Of a stretch of 64,000 nucleotides of DNA, positions 44,051-52,295 are shown piece by piece. Position numbers and translations under genes: made by a program. Numbering within the stretch: the stretch's first letter is position 1; every line of letters starts with the position of its first letter. The notes below the pieces were generated by a model, which was not told the DNA's origin, made no database searches, and saw nothing but the letters and a program-made list of their open reading frames with translations. Origin of the DNA: Candidatus Saccharimonadota bacterium (lineage in GTDB: Bacteria; Patescibacteriota; Saccharimonadia; Saccharimonadales; Saccharimonadaceae); contig DAIDKE010000001.1 in NCBI GenBank assembly GCA_027450165.1, forward strand, positions 70,373 through 134,372, written 5' to 3'.

Positions 44051-44791
44051 TTAGAAGCTGCTCAGAACCTGATGCAGCGGACGACGTTTTTTGGCCTTTA
44101 TCTCCAGGTCGCGTACATTATCGACAAAAACCCGCCAAGCCACCAAGGCCTCACCGGCGACATTTTTTGAATAAGTGCAGCATAATTCATAAGCTTCAAT
44201 TATCACATTTTCAAACGACGGATCGGTATAGATAAAAGGGCGATTCAATACCATACAAACCTCATCAAACGCCAGCCAAACATTAATCACATTTTGCCCA
44301 ACCATTTCATCTACGGCTTCAACCAGCTCCAAAAAATACAATCGGCAATCTTCCGGATTACAAACCATACGATAAAAAATTGGACGCGTAATCTGACGCA
44401 TCTTGTGTTTAGCCTGGCGCGACGCATCAAAGTGTGTCACGTAGCAGTTCTCGATGGACTTTAGGCGTTGGCGCAATTGCTTTTGCCAGTTTTTAGAACT
44501 GGTCTTATTCGGCAGATCCTGATACTCCAATTGGCAAATGTCTACCAAAAGCGCACACAGTTCGTCCTTAAAACCGGTTTTTGTGATATGCGAATTATAG
44601 ACGACGTGCTGTGTAGTAACCGCCATGTCGGTAATTCTATTAGCCATTGATTCACGCTCATCGAGCATGCTAATTAGTTCGCGCGTCAGTTCAATTAAGC
44701 TGACAATCAAATCATTCTCGGTGTATCTTTCGCGCATCCTTTGACCGGCATAACGAATCGTTTGCCTAGGTATCGGCGGTAGTCGAATCAT
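44051..44791 (-). CDS. hypothetical protein inserted between ruvA and ruvB
   Basis: 246 aa. ATGA overlap with the ruvA stop. About 40% GC in two hand-counted 60-nt lines, versus roughly 50% in flanking genes. No recognisable motif. Confidence 0.5.
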   Translation of the reverse strand: MIRLPPIPRQTIRYAGQRMRERYTENDLIVSLIELTRELISMLDERESMANRITDMAVTTQHVVYNSHITKTGFKDELCALLVDICQLEYQDLPNKTSSKNWQKQLRQRLKSIENCYVTHFDASRQAKHKMRQITRPIFYRMVCNPEDCRLYFLELVEAVDEMVGQNVINVWLAFDEVCMVLNRPFIYTDPSFENVIIEAYELCCTYSKNVAGEALVAWRVFVDNVRDLEIKAKKRRPLHQVLSSF

Positions 44792-45366
44792 TTACCCGCG
44801 TCTCGAAGTGCCAACGTCACCCGCTTGGCTGTTGGCAAGTCCGTCGCTATATCTTCAAGCGCCTTACTGGCGTCATTCAAGCTATAACCGAGAGCCATCA
44901 GTGCTTCGAGTGCTTCATCGTTAACATTTAATTCAGTTTGCACTGGGGCGCCTTCATAGTGCACCGCCAGGCCGACCTTGTCGGACAAGTCTACAATCAC
45001 CCGCTCTGCAGTACGTTTACCAACGCCGCTAGCTTTTGATACAAAAGCTGTGTCACCGTTTGCAATCGCGTTGCGGACTAATTCACTTTCACCCAGACTC
45101 AAAATCGCCAGTGCCGCTTTTGGCCCAACGCCCTGCACGGTAATTAAAAGTTCAAATAATTTCTTGGCCGCTAAACTCGAAAAACCATATAGTTCCTGAG
45201 CCTGCTCACGGATATGATGATACGTGTAAAATTTAACGGTCTCGCCCAATAGCGCGTGTTCAAAATCTGGCGCCGCTACCTGTATTTCATAGCCAATATC
45301 ATGGACATCAACAATCACTGAATTATTGAACTTTTCGGCAACTACCCCTAAGACATGTGCAATCAT
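44788..45366 (-). CDS. ruvA: Holliday junction DNA helicase subunit RuvA
   Basis: 192 aa. OB domain (GYEIQV), HhH motifs (LITVQGVGPKAALAIL, VSKASGVGKRTAERV), and C-terminal domain III. Confidence 0.9.
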   Translation of the reverse strand: MIAHVLGVVAEKFNNSVIVDVHDIGYEIQVAAPDFEHALLGETVKFYTYHHIREQAQELYGFSSLAAKKLFELLITVQGVGPKAALAILSLGESELVRNAIANGDTAFVSKASGVGKRTAERVIVDLSDKVGLAVHYEGAPVQTELNVNDEALEALMALGYSLNDASKALEDIATDLPTAKRVTLALRDAGK

Positions 45367-45373
45367 AAACGTA

Positions 45374-45850
45374 TTATACTCGACTCATTAGTGAATGGGT
45401 AATGGCGGCTGCTAAAGCATCGGCGCAATCATCGGGCTTTGGCACTTCTTTTAGGCCAAGTTGTAAGCGCACCATTTCCTGAACCTGCTTTTTGTCGGCC
45501 TTGCCATAACCAGTTAAGGTTTGCTTGATCTGCATCGGCGTGTATTCAGCGATTGGAATACCGGCTTTACGGGCTACTAACAAAGCTACGCCGCGCGCTT
45601 CGGCAACGGTCATAGCTGTGGTGATATTCTTTGTAAAAAATAGTTTCTCAACTGACATAATCTCCGGCTTGGTCTCGGCAATAATATCGGTTAAATTATC
45701 AAAGATATCTTCAAGACGCTCGTCGTGTGGCGTATGGGCTGGCGTTGTAATCACGCCGGCGTCAACCATTTTAGGCTTGCCGGTCTTGTCAAAATCAACC
45801 ACACCAAAACCCAAAATACCCGTGCCAGGATCTATCCCAATAATGCGCAT
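45374..45850 (-). CDS. ruvC: crossover junction endodeoxyribonuclease RuvC
   Basis: MRIIGIDPGTG start (the track's longer form begins 12 codons upstream). EKLFF, and catalytic D in PKPDDCADALAAAI. Confidence 0.9.
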   Translation of the reverse strand: MRIIGIDPGTGILGFGVVDFDKTGKPKMVDAGVITTPAHTPHDERLEDIFDNLTDIIAETKPEIMSVEKLFFTKNITTAMTVAEARGVALLVARKAGIPIAEYTPMQIKQTLTGYGKADKKQVQEMVRLQLGLKEVPKPDDCADALAAAITHSLMSRV

Positions 45851-45864
45851 GGCCTTAGTATAGG

Positions 45865-47631
45865 TTATTTCCGGTGCCATTTCCACGCTCCTAGACGCCT
45901 AAATAAAGCAACAATCTCACCGCGCCATTCAAAGACCGCGTACACAGCACCAAAAGCCAGAACCCCGCCAATCAACCACCAGCTAAGCTTTGAACCGGCA
46001 GTTTTTTCTGTCTTTGCACCAGCCACGGCGTAATCAGCGGTCGTCATAGCCTGAACATTACGGCAGCGATTTGTCTCCGGGTTACGTTCTTGACCCGGCT
46101 TACAAGGCGCAAGCTCAGTCGTAGCTACGGCAATTGCTCGACAGCGATTCGTTTCTGGGTTACGCTCCTGGCCAGGATCACAGGGAGTTAAGCTGTTCGT
46201 ATTTGTGGCTAGTAGTGATTTACACCTACCGGTATCCGGGTTACGGTATTGGCCAGCCGGACAAGGGGACGGAGTTTCGACGACAGCTATCTTACGGCAG
46301 CGATTTGTAACAGCATTTCTTTCCTGGCCCTCAGGACAGGGCTGTAAATCACCAGCTAAGGTCGCGGTTTCGTTATTGCCGGCTATAAGCGAAGCCAAAT
46401 TAGACGCACCTGGCGTTACTTGATTGGTGTACTGCCATACACCACTAACCTTGGCCCAAGACAGCCCATCTTTAGGGCTTAGATAAGATGAGCTATCGAC
46501 CAATGAACCGTTCAATAACAAGCGCACTTGCCCAGCGGAGTTAACCATGGTAAAGCTGTAGTTGTCATTTGTTAGTACCATATATCCGCCAGCGACGATT
46601 AATTCTTTATCGAAGCTGACCGCCAAATTTTCGTCGACAAATAGCTGATAGCCATTTAGGCCTATTTCGGTACTATTAGGGTTATAGAGCTCAATAAATT
46701 CATGTCCACTGTCGGCACCGCTTGGATTAGGCAAGATTTCGGATAATTCAACCGGTACTAAAGCATGATCACCATCGGCAACTTCGCCTCCGCCATCTGG
46801 CGGTTGGTTACCGCCCTCATCAACCGGGTGGCAATTGCCCGCTTCATCAACCGTATCGCCTTGGGGGAGCGCCAGCTGAACGCCGTCGATATTGAGGCAG
46901 ACATCTACCGACAGCGGCGAGCAATTACCTTTCTCGTCCGAGCTATGTTCGGGCGGCACCTCCGTCTGTATACCAGCAAGATTTAGACAGAGGTCAAAAA
47001 CATATTGGGCTGAGCTTCGGTAGTTTGGAGCAGGGGAGACTAGCCGAAAATCATTGGCCGCACTCCCCGTCCACTGTAATTGCCCATCCCCTAATTCTAT
47101 GCGCTCAATAACATTACTACCGACACCGCTGTCACCGCCGACCAAGTCCGGGCCGATACCCCAGCCAATCCTGTCGGCCTGTTCGTTGGACTGGTTAAAT
47201 AATGCGATGTATCCGGCAGTGTTACTTAGTGATGCTTTAAAAATAAAATCATAACCGTCTGCTTGATTATGTAACTGCAGATACTCGGTAGTGGCGATTA
47301 TCGCTCGTCCATGCTCTGGCAGTAGAACATGTCCATTGTCACCGTTAGGCGCGAAACACCCCAATAATCTGAAACTATCTGGCGAATCGGTGCTAGCGTA
47401 TTTTAAACACCAGCCGGTTATATCAACCGTCGACGAACTATTATTAGCTACTTCGATAAATTCGCTCGAGCTATTAGTTGAGCTGTCGGTAGCGACGTCA
47501 CGCACTTGTACGCGACTTATCAAAACATCAGGCGCAGACTGCGCCCAAGCCGTCTGGCCAATAAACATCATCCAAGATAAACCGAATGCCGCAAACGCAA
47601 ATTTAAATATTCTTAGAAAATGCTTATGCAT
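45865..47631 (-). CDS. secreted, C-terminally membrane-anchored protein with two lamin-tail (LTD) domains and 4 Cys-bracketed repeats
   Basis: 588 aa with a signal peptide (FAFAAFGLSWMMFIGQTAWAQS). LTD-like segments EFIEVANNSSSTVDITGW and LSEILPNPSGADSGHEFIELYNPNSTEIGLNGYQL. Four copies of C-x-x-GQ-x-RN-x-x-T-x-RC-(K/R). C-terminal TM WWLIGGVLAFGAVYAVF. Confidence 0.65.
   Translation of the reverse strand: MHKHFLRIFKFAFAAFGLSWMMFIGQTAWAQSAPDVLISRVQVRDVATDSSTNSSSEFIEVANNSSSTVDITGWCLKYASTDSPDSFRLLGCFAPNGDNGHVLLPEHGRAIIATTEYLQLHNQADGYDFIFKASLSNTAGYIALFNQSNEQADRIGWGIGPDLVGGDSGVGSNVIERIELGDGQLQWTGSAANDFRLVSPAPNYRSSAQYVFDLCLNLAGIQTEVPPEHSSDEKGNCSPLSVDVCLNIDGVQLALPQGDTVDEAGNCHPVDEGGNQPPDGGGEVADGDHALVPVELSEILPNPSGADSGHEFIELYNPNSTEIGLNGYQLFVDENLAVSFDKELIVAGGYMVLTNDNYSFTMVNSAGQVRLLLNGSLVDSSSYLSPKDGLSWAKVSGVWQYTNQVTPGASNLASLIAGNNETATLAGDLQPCPEGQERNAVTNRCRKIAVVETPSPCPAGQYRNPDTGRCKSLLATNTNSLTPCDPGQERNPETNRCRAIAVATTELAPCKPGQERNPETNRCRNVQAMTTADYAVAGAKTEKTAGSKLSWWLIGGVLAFGAVYAVFEWRGEIVALFRRLGAWKWHRK
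46058..46345 (-). repeat. four in-frame tandem repeats (~75-81 nt) encoding the CPxGQxRNPxTxRC modules
   Basis: DNA units cggcagcgatttgt...ccgggttacg... recur near 46061, 46139, 46218 and 46296. The peptides are CPEGQERNAVTNRCRK, CPAGQYRNPDTGRCKS, CDPGQERNPETNRCRA and CKPGQERNPETNRCRN. Confidence 0.7.
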
Positions 47632-47674
47632 AATCTAAGAATATATTAATTAAAAACTTAATGCAAGCTTAATT

Positions 47675-48397
47675 TTATTCAATTTCGGCCGTAATATCGG
47701 CATTGGTGTGGACATTCACCACATCATCCAAATCATCAATGGCGTCCATCAAGCGCATAACCTTGGCTGCCACCTCTGGGTCGCTAACTTCAACAGGCAT
47801 ATTTGGCACATATTGCAGTTCGGCGCTGGTAACTTCCAGACCGGCCTCAATAATTGCCGTTCGAACCTTCGCTAAGTCCTTTTGTTCGGTATAGACAATA
47901 ATCTCGCCTTCTTCTTCAATGGCATCCTCGGCGCCGGCATCAAGAATTGTCAGCAAAGCATCTTCACCGGTAGCGGCGACGTTAATTACACCCTTACGTG
48001 TAAACTGAAACGCCACACTACCAGCATCGGCAATACGACCACCATTTTTAGTCAAAGCGGTACGAACTTCAGGAAAGGTGCGATTCTTATTGTCGGTGGC
48101 TACCTCGATGATAATACCAACACCACCAGGACCCATGGCTTCATAAGTCGCTTCTTCTAGAACGGCGGCGTTTTTATCGGCCACACGGTCGATGGCGCGT
48201 TGAATATTAGCTGCCGGCATATTGGCTTGCTTGGCTTTTTCGATAGCCAGCGCCAAGGCCGAGTTCATGGTTGGGTCAATACCACCGCGAGCCGCGATGG
48301 CAATTTGGTTGCCGATTTTCGTAAAAACAGCACCGCGCTTAGCGTCTTTGGCGCCTTTTTCACGTTTAATGGTTGACCACTTGCTGTGTCCTGACAT
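47675..48397 (-). CDS. yebC: YebC/PmpR-family transcriptional regulator
   Basis: 240 aa. MSGHSKWSTIKREKGAKDAKRG signature. Confidence 0.9.
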   Translation of the reverse strand: MSGHSKWSTIKREKGAKDAKRGAVFTKIGNQIAIAARGGIDPTMNSALALAIEKAKQANMPAANIQRAIDRVADKNAAVLEEATYEAMGPGGVGIIIEVATDNKNRTFPEVRTALTKNGGRIADAGSVAFQFTRKGVINVAATGEDALLTILDAGAEDAIEEEGEIIVYTEQKDLAKVRTAIIEAGLEVTSAELQYVPNMPVEVSDPEVAAKVMRLMDAIDDLDDVVNVHTNADITAEIE

Positions 48398-48452
48398 AAA
48401 GAAATCTCCGTTTAAGTTCGGTATGGTTTTCTATATTATAACAGATACGGCG

Positions 48453-49898
48453 TCATTCGACTATACTTGCCGACCGTAGATTAAAGTGACTAACTCGCCA
48501 CATATAAACGCCGACTAAAATCATAGCGACATAGCTCACAATCACCAGCCAAGCGCTTGGCTGGAATTCGGTCTGCGCCCAAGGCAGACCGGCCGATACC
48601 TGAACCGTATTTACCATATAACCAAGTAGCCAGCTCGCCGGTAGAGCGATAGTTTGAGCTACAATCGGCACAATTAAAGCCGCCAGTCCAGCTATAAAAG
48701 TCAGTAGCATCGCTAAAGGCACCAAAGGTAAAACCAATAGATTTGAAAAGATAGCGACATTCGACAAAGTACCGAACGACAGCATAATCACCGGAGCCGT
48801 CACTAAATGCGCCGCCATCGTCTCACCCAAGATTTGTCGTACCGTTCCTGGTGGCTTATCACCAAAAAAATAAGCCTGCCCAATCGGCCCAACCAGCATC
48901 ACACCAGCGAAGGCCAAAAAACTCAGCATCCAGCCCAAATCGCCCCAAACGTAAGATGGGTTAAATAGGGTCGTCAGCGCCGCAGCTAGGGCTAATAAAA
49001 TTAATGGATGAAATTGACGGCCATAATACCATGTCAATAAGCTAAGGCCCGACACCAACCCGGCTCGCGACATGCTTGGGCTCAAACCGGTTACCGCCAT
49101 AAAGCACGCAATTAAACAGCCCGAACCAAAGGCTGCCATAAATTTAGAGATCCGACCGAACGCTCGCCGCGACAATCTCACCAAAATTGTTAGATTATAG
49201 CCACTAGCGACCACAGCGTGCGTCAAGCCAGCAACCTTCAAGGCTTCAGTTAGGTCACTCGGCAAGGCACTTTTTTGCCCAACCAGATACCCTAGTCCCA
49301 AGCTAGCCTGTGGCTCAGGAATCACTCGCCTAACCGCCGCCGCAAACCAGTCGCGCACCCGCCTGGCTACATCACCAGGTACAGGTTCAACGACTTTATC
49401 GATTTTAACTCTGTAAATCACACCCGCATAGCTACCAAATCCGGCAGTCAATTTGCCGCTAACTGTCAGCAAATCACCGCGCTTAGCAGTCGTCGAACCG
49501 ACAGTCAAGCGAATCTTACCCGGTAAAGAACGGCCAATTTTAACCTTGCTAAGTGTCACTACAGCCTGGCCGCCGCTATCGGTCACGTCGTCACCAACAG
49601 TTCCAGTGACAGTCACAGTACGGCCGTAATATGGTTGATATTGCGCCAAACTCACCCGCTCAAATGATCCGCGCCAAGCACCCAAAATTCCGCCCGCTAG
49701 AACCGCCAACAAAACTAGCCAAACTTGCCGTTTATAAAACACATCAGCCAATAACATCAACGCCAAAATCAGCCAGCCAATATCAGCAAAAAATCCGCCA
49801 GCTAACTGAACTAAGCTGCAGCCAATCAGTATACCGAAACTAACTGCCGCCACCAACCACGAGGCGTGCAAGCGCCGCTTCAACACCCACCAATTCAT
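48453..49898 (-). CDS. comEC: ComEC/Rec2 DNA-uptake channel (DUF4131 + competence domain, no metallo-beta-lactamase domain)
   Basis: 481 aa and multi-TM. OB-like N-terminal part (GRTVTVTGTV...VTLSKVKIG), then a competence domain (AGLTHAVVASGYNLTILV). The length leaves no room for the ~250-aa MBL domain. Confidence 0.75.
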   Translation of the reverse strand: MNWWVLKRRLHASWLVAAVSFGILIGCSLVQLAGGFFADIGWLILALMLLADVFYKRQVWLVLLAVLAGGILGAWRGSFERVSLAQYQPYYGRTVTVTGTVGDDVTDSGGQAVVTLSKVKIGRSLPGKIRLTVGSTTAKRGDLLTVSGKLTAGFGSYAGVIYRVKIDKVVEPVPGDVARRVRDWFAAAVRRVIPEPQASLGLGYLVGQKSALPSDLTEALKVAGLTHAVVASGYNLTILVRLSRRAFGRISKFMAAFGSGCLIACFMAVTGLSPSMSRAGLVSGLSLLTWYYGRQFHPLILLALAAALTTLFNPSYVWGDLGWMLSFLAFAGVMLVGPIGQAYFFGDKPPGTVRQILGETMAAHLVTAPVIMLSFGTLSNVAIFSNLLVLPLVPLAMLLTFIAGLAALIVPIVAQTIALPASWLLGYMVNTVQVSAGLPWAQTEFQPSAWLVIVSYVAMILVGVYMWRVSHFNLRSASIVE

Positions 49899-49976
49899 GG
49901 GTGTGATTATAGCATATTGTTTAAGCTTATTATAAGAATAGCTATACGACAGTGTGGTTAGATAGCAAGTTATTTG

Positions 49977-50237
49977 CTAGTCGCCAAGTTCTCGTTGCAT
50001 TGATTGCTTAGATTGTTCAGCCCAACCCGAATCCTGTTTACCTTTTGCGATCTCGGCCAGCTCAAACGAGTACTCCGAAGCAGCAAAGGCTACACCATTG
50101 TCATCAAAGCCCGACCACTCTAATACTAATGCTGCTATCTTGTGTAACCGCTCAAGTGCGCCAGGATCGGTGGTTCGCTCAAGTAACGGCACAAGCTCTT
50201 TAGCAAATTGTCGTTGCTGTTCTCTGGTAAGTTCCAT
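49977..50237 (-). CDS. hypothetical protein (86 aa)
   Basis: ORF with GGAG-like SD context. No family recognised. Confidence 0.35.
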   Translation of the reverse strand: MELTREQQRQFAKELVPLLERTTDPGALERLHKIAALVLEWSGFDDNGVAFAASEYSFELAEIAKGKQDSGWAEQSKQSMQRELGD

Positions 50238-50326
50238 ATTTTCTCCTAATAACTTCAGGGATAATGAGCAGTTTTACACCATACTCGGGGTGGTATTACG
50301 ACCTAGGACAGGCCGTGACGGTTACT

Positions 50327-50566
50327 TCAGTGGCCAGGGCCGGTGTACTGACCGCGGTCGGTACCGTTGCCGTTCGGACCGTTGCCCGATCCGTAGTGGT
50401 CGTGATTGGCCGAGTCCATGAAGTTGCCCTCGCTCCGGTCACCATCACCGATGAGGGTCTCACCCTCGCGGTTCCCCCATCCGAACGCGACGGTGATGGG
50501 ATTGCCGGCCGAGTCGCTGCCACCCATGGGCTCGCTGAACCCGCCCTGGTGGTTACCGCTGCTCAC
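50327..50566 (-). CDS. small Gly/Asn/Asp-rich hypothetical protein in a GC-rich islet
   Basis: 79 aa. The GTG start is preceded by TTAGGAGGTAACC. Third codon positions are strongly G/C, and the patch is ~65% GC by hand count. No family recognised. Confidence 0.45.
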   Translation of the reverse strand: MSSGNHQGGFSEPMGGSDSAGNPITVAFGWGNREGETLIGDGDRSEGNFMDSANHDHYGSGNGPNGNGTDRGQYTGPGH

Positions 50567-50655
50567 GGTTACCTCCTAATGATCGTGGCATTCCTGCCAT
50601 TTCGGCGAGTCGCTCGCCGTAGCGAGGTCGCGTAGATTTGCTCGACCTACACCTA

Positions 50656-50683
50656 TCTATATTAAAATATTGGTATATGTCAA
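50656..50683 (-). promoter_or_regulatory. near-consensus sigma70-type promoter for the GC-rich small ORF
   Basis: Minus strand reads TTGACA-N16-TATAGA (50683..50656), about 90 nt upstream of the GTG start. Confidence 0.4.
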
Positions 50684-50705
50684 TAGTCGGCCTGTTATTA
50701 CCAAC

Positions 50706-50736
50706 GAAAAACGCCGTCTCATTAAGATGACGGCGA
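50706..50736 (-). terminator. terminator downstream of tRNA-Lys
   Basis: Minus strand reads cgccgtc-atcttaatga-gacggcg followed by ttttt. Confidence 0.65.
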
Positions 50737-50743
50737 TTTTCGT

Positions 50744-50820
50744 TGGTGGGTTCGGTGAGACTTGAACTCACGACATCCTGCTTAAAAGGCAGGCGCTCTA
50801 ACCAGCTGAGCTACGAACCC
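50744..50820 (-). tRNA. tRNA-Lys(TTT), CCA encoded
   Basis: Reverse complement is GGGTTCGTAGCTCAGCTGGTTAGAGCGCCTGCCTTTTAAGCAGGATGTCGTGAGTTCAAGTCTCACCGAACCCACCA. Anticodon loop CTTTTAA. Confidence 0.9.
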
Positions 50821-50859
50821 AAACAACTCCTTGCATGATACAGCAACAGGGGTAAACTG

Positions 50860-51351
50860 TCAACGCTTGTCGCGGTGATGTTCATGGTGCTCCGGCGGCC
50901 GCGTCAGAAACATATCAACTACCGCTACAATCAAACCAATGCCGATAATCATCTGTTTGTTGGCATTTAGCCAATTATAGGCCTCAATACCTGTTTGATT
51001 GGTCAGCGGCAAGCTGTAACCCAGCGGTTCAACCAAAAGGGCCAGCGCCAGCACGGTAAACATCAGCGCCCCAATCAGTCGCATCAACGGACTGTGATAT
51101 TTCGCACCATGCAGCAAAATTAAAACCGCCGGCGCCAGCACAATCGCCGACAAAACAAACGAATTGGTCAGCGAATTCATCACCACAAAACCATGCACCG
51201 ATATCATTTTGGTAATCGTCGGCGCCCAAATCGTACTAAGCATTGAACCGGCGGCCAGCGCCAGCCCCAGCAAGCCAAATCGCCGTTTGGTCAAATACGA
51301 CCACAAAAACAGCGCTACGCCGATGACCGCAAATGTAACGACAACGTTCAT
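50860..51351 (-). CDS. hypothetical integral membrane protein
   Basis: 163 aa with 4-5 hydrophobic helices and a His-rich C-terminal tail (PPEHHEHHRDKR). Confidence 0.5.
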   Translation of the reverse strand: MNVVVTFAVIGVALFLWSYLTKRRFGLLGLALAAGSMLSTIWAPTITKMISVHGFVVMNSLTNSFVLSAIVLAPAVLILLHGAKYHSPLMRLIGALMFTVLALALLVEPLGYSLPLTNQTGIEAYNWLNANKQMIIGIGLIVAVVDMFLTRPPEHHEHHRDKR

Positions 51352-51383
51352 GACCTAATTGTAGCAGAATTTAAGACTTTAGC

Positions 51384-52295
51384 TTAAGCACCAACGCGGT
51401 CTTTACGAACGCGGCGTTTGGCATTTTGCTCAACATATTCGATGATTTTTTCAGCCACATTGCGGCCGGTAACTTTTTCGATACCAAATCCCGGGCTGGC
51501 GTTAACTTCCAAGATCAGCGGACCACGCTCTGAGCGCATCATGTCGACACCGGCAACGTTCAGGCCCATCGCTTTAGCGGCCTTGATCGCCATCTTTTTT
51601 TCTTCATCGGTCAATTTGATCGCCGTACCCTCGCCGCCCTTGTGCAGGTTTGATCGAAAATCGTCGTCCAGACTCTGGCGTTTCATGCTGGCAACTACCC
51701 GACCGCCAACTACAAAGGCACGAATGTCGGTACCGGCTGATTCAGACACGAACTCTTGTAACAAAATGTTGGTGCCGTCTTCGTTGTGCAAGTAAAGTGC
51801 CTGCAGGGTCGACTTAGCGGCTTTTTTAGTTTCTGCTAGCACCACACCATTGCCGTGCGTACCACTAGCCAATTTGATGATCACCGGCGTGCCACCAATT
51901 TTCTCAATCAGGTCGTCAATGTCTATTGTGTTGCGCGAAAAGACCGTCTTTGGAATACCAACACCAGCCTTAGCCAGCAGCTGCAGTGAACGCAGCTTGT
52001 CGCGCGAACGAGTAATTGCGATTGAGCTCGACACGGTGTAAACACCCTGCATTTCCAGCTGACGTACGATGGCCGTACCATATTTGGTCATATAACTGGC
52101 AATACGCGGAATAACTGCGTCGAATTTACCCAGGTCTTCACCCTTATAACTCACCGTTGGGTTACTTTTTTCAATCGAAGCATAGCAATCACGATATTTA
52201 ATAATCTTGACTTCGTGGCCGCGTTTTTCGGCCTCTTCTTTTAGGCGTTTGGTTGAGTAGTTACCATTGCCGTTCGAAAGGATAGCTATTCTCAT
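51384..52295 (-). CDS. rimK: RimK-type ATP-grasp ligase (ribosomal protein S6 glutamate ligase family)
   Basis: 303 aa. MRIAILS...STKRLKEEAEKRGHEV, PVIIKLASGTHGNGV, DIRAFVVGGRV, AGVDMMRSERGPLILEVNASPG. Confidence 0.85.
   Translation of the reverse strand: MRIAILSNGNGNYSTKRLKEEAEKRGHEVKIIKYRDCYASIEKSNPTVSYKGEDLGKFDAVIPRIASYMTKYGTAIVRQLEMQGVYTVSSSIAITRSRDKLRSLQLLAKAGVGIPKTVFSRNTIDIDDLIEKIGGTPVIIKLASGTHGNGVVLAETKKAAKSTLQALYLHNEDGTNILLQEFVSESAGTDIRAFVVGGRVVASMKRQSLDDDFRSNLHKGGEGTAIKLTDEEKKMAIKAAKAMGLNVAGVDMMRSERGPLILEVNASPGFGIEKVTGRNVAEKIIEYVEQNAKRRVRKDRVGA

Noticed and set aside
46058-46345. Tandem DNA repeats checked as a possible CRISPR or minisatellite
   Set aside because: The repeats are in frame within a long ORF and encode conserved Cys-bracketed peptide modules. 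There is no repeat-spacer architecture anywhere in the window.
50098-50635. Alternative frames in the GC-rich islet (50098..50421, 50264..50635, 50296..50523)
   Set aside because: Only the 50327..50566 minus-strand frame has an AGGAGG SD, an upstream promoter and GC3 bias. The others are Ala/Val/Arg-rich shadow frames.
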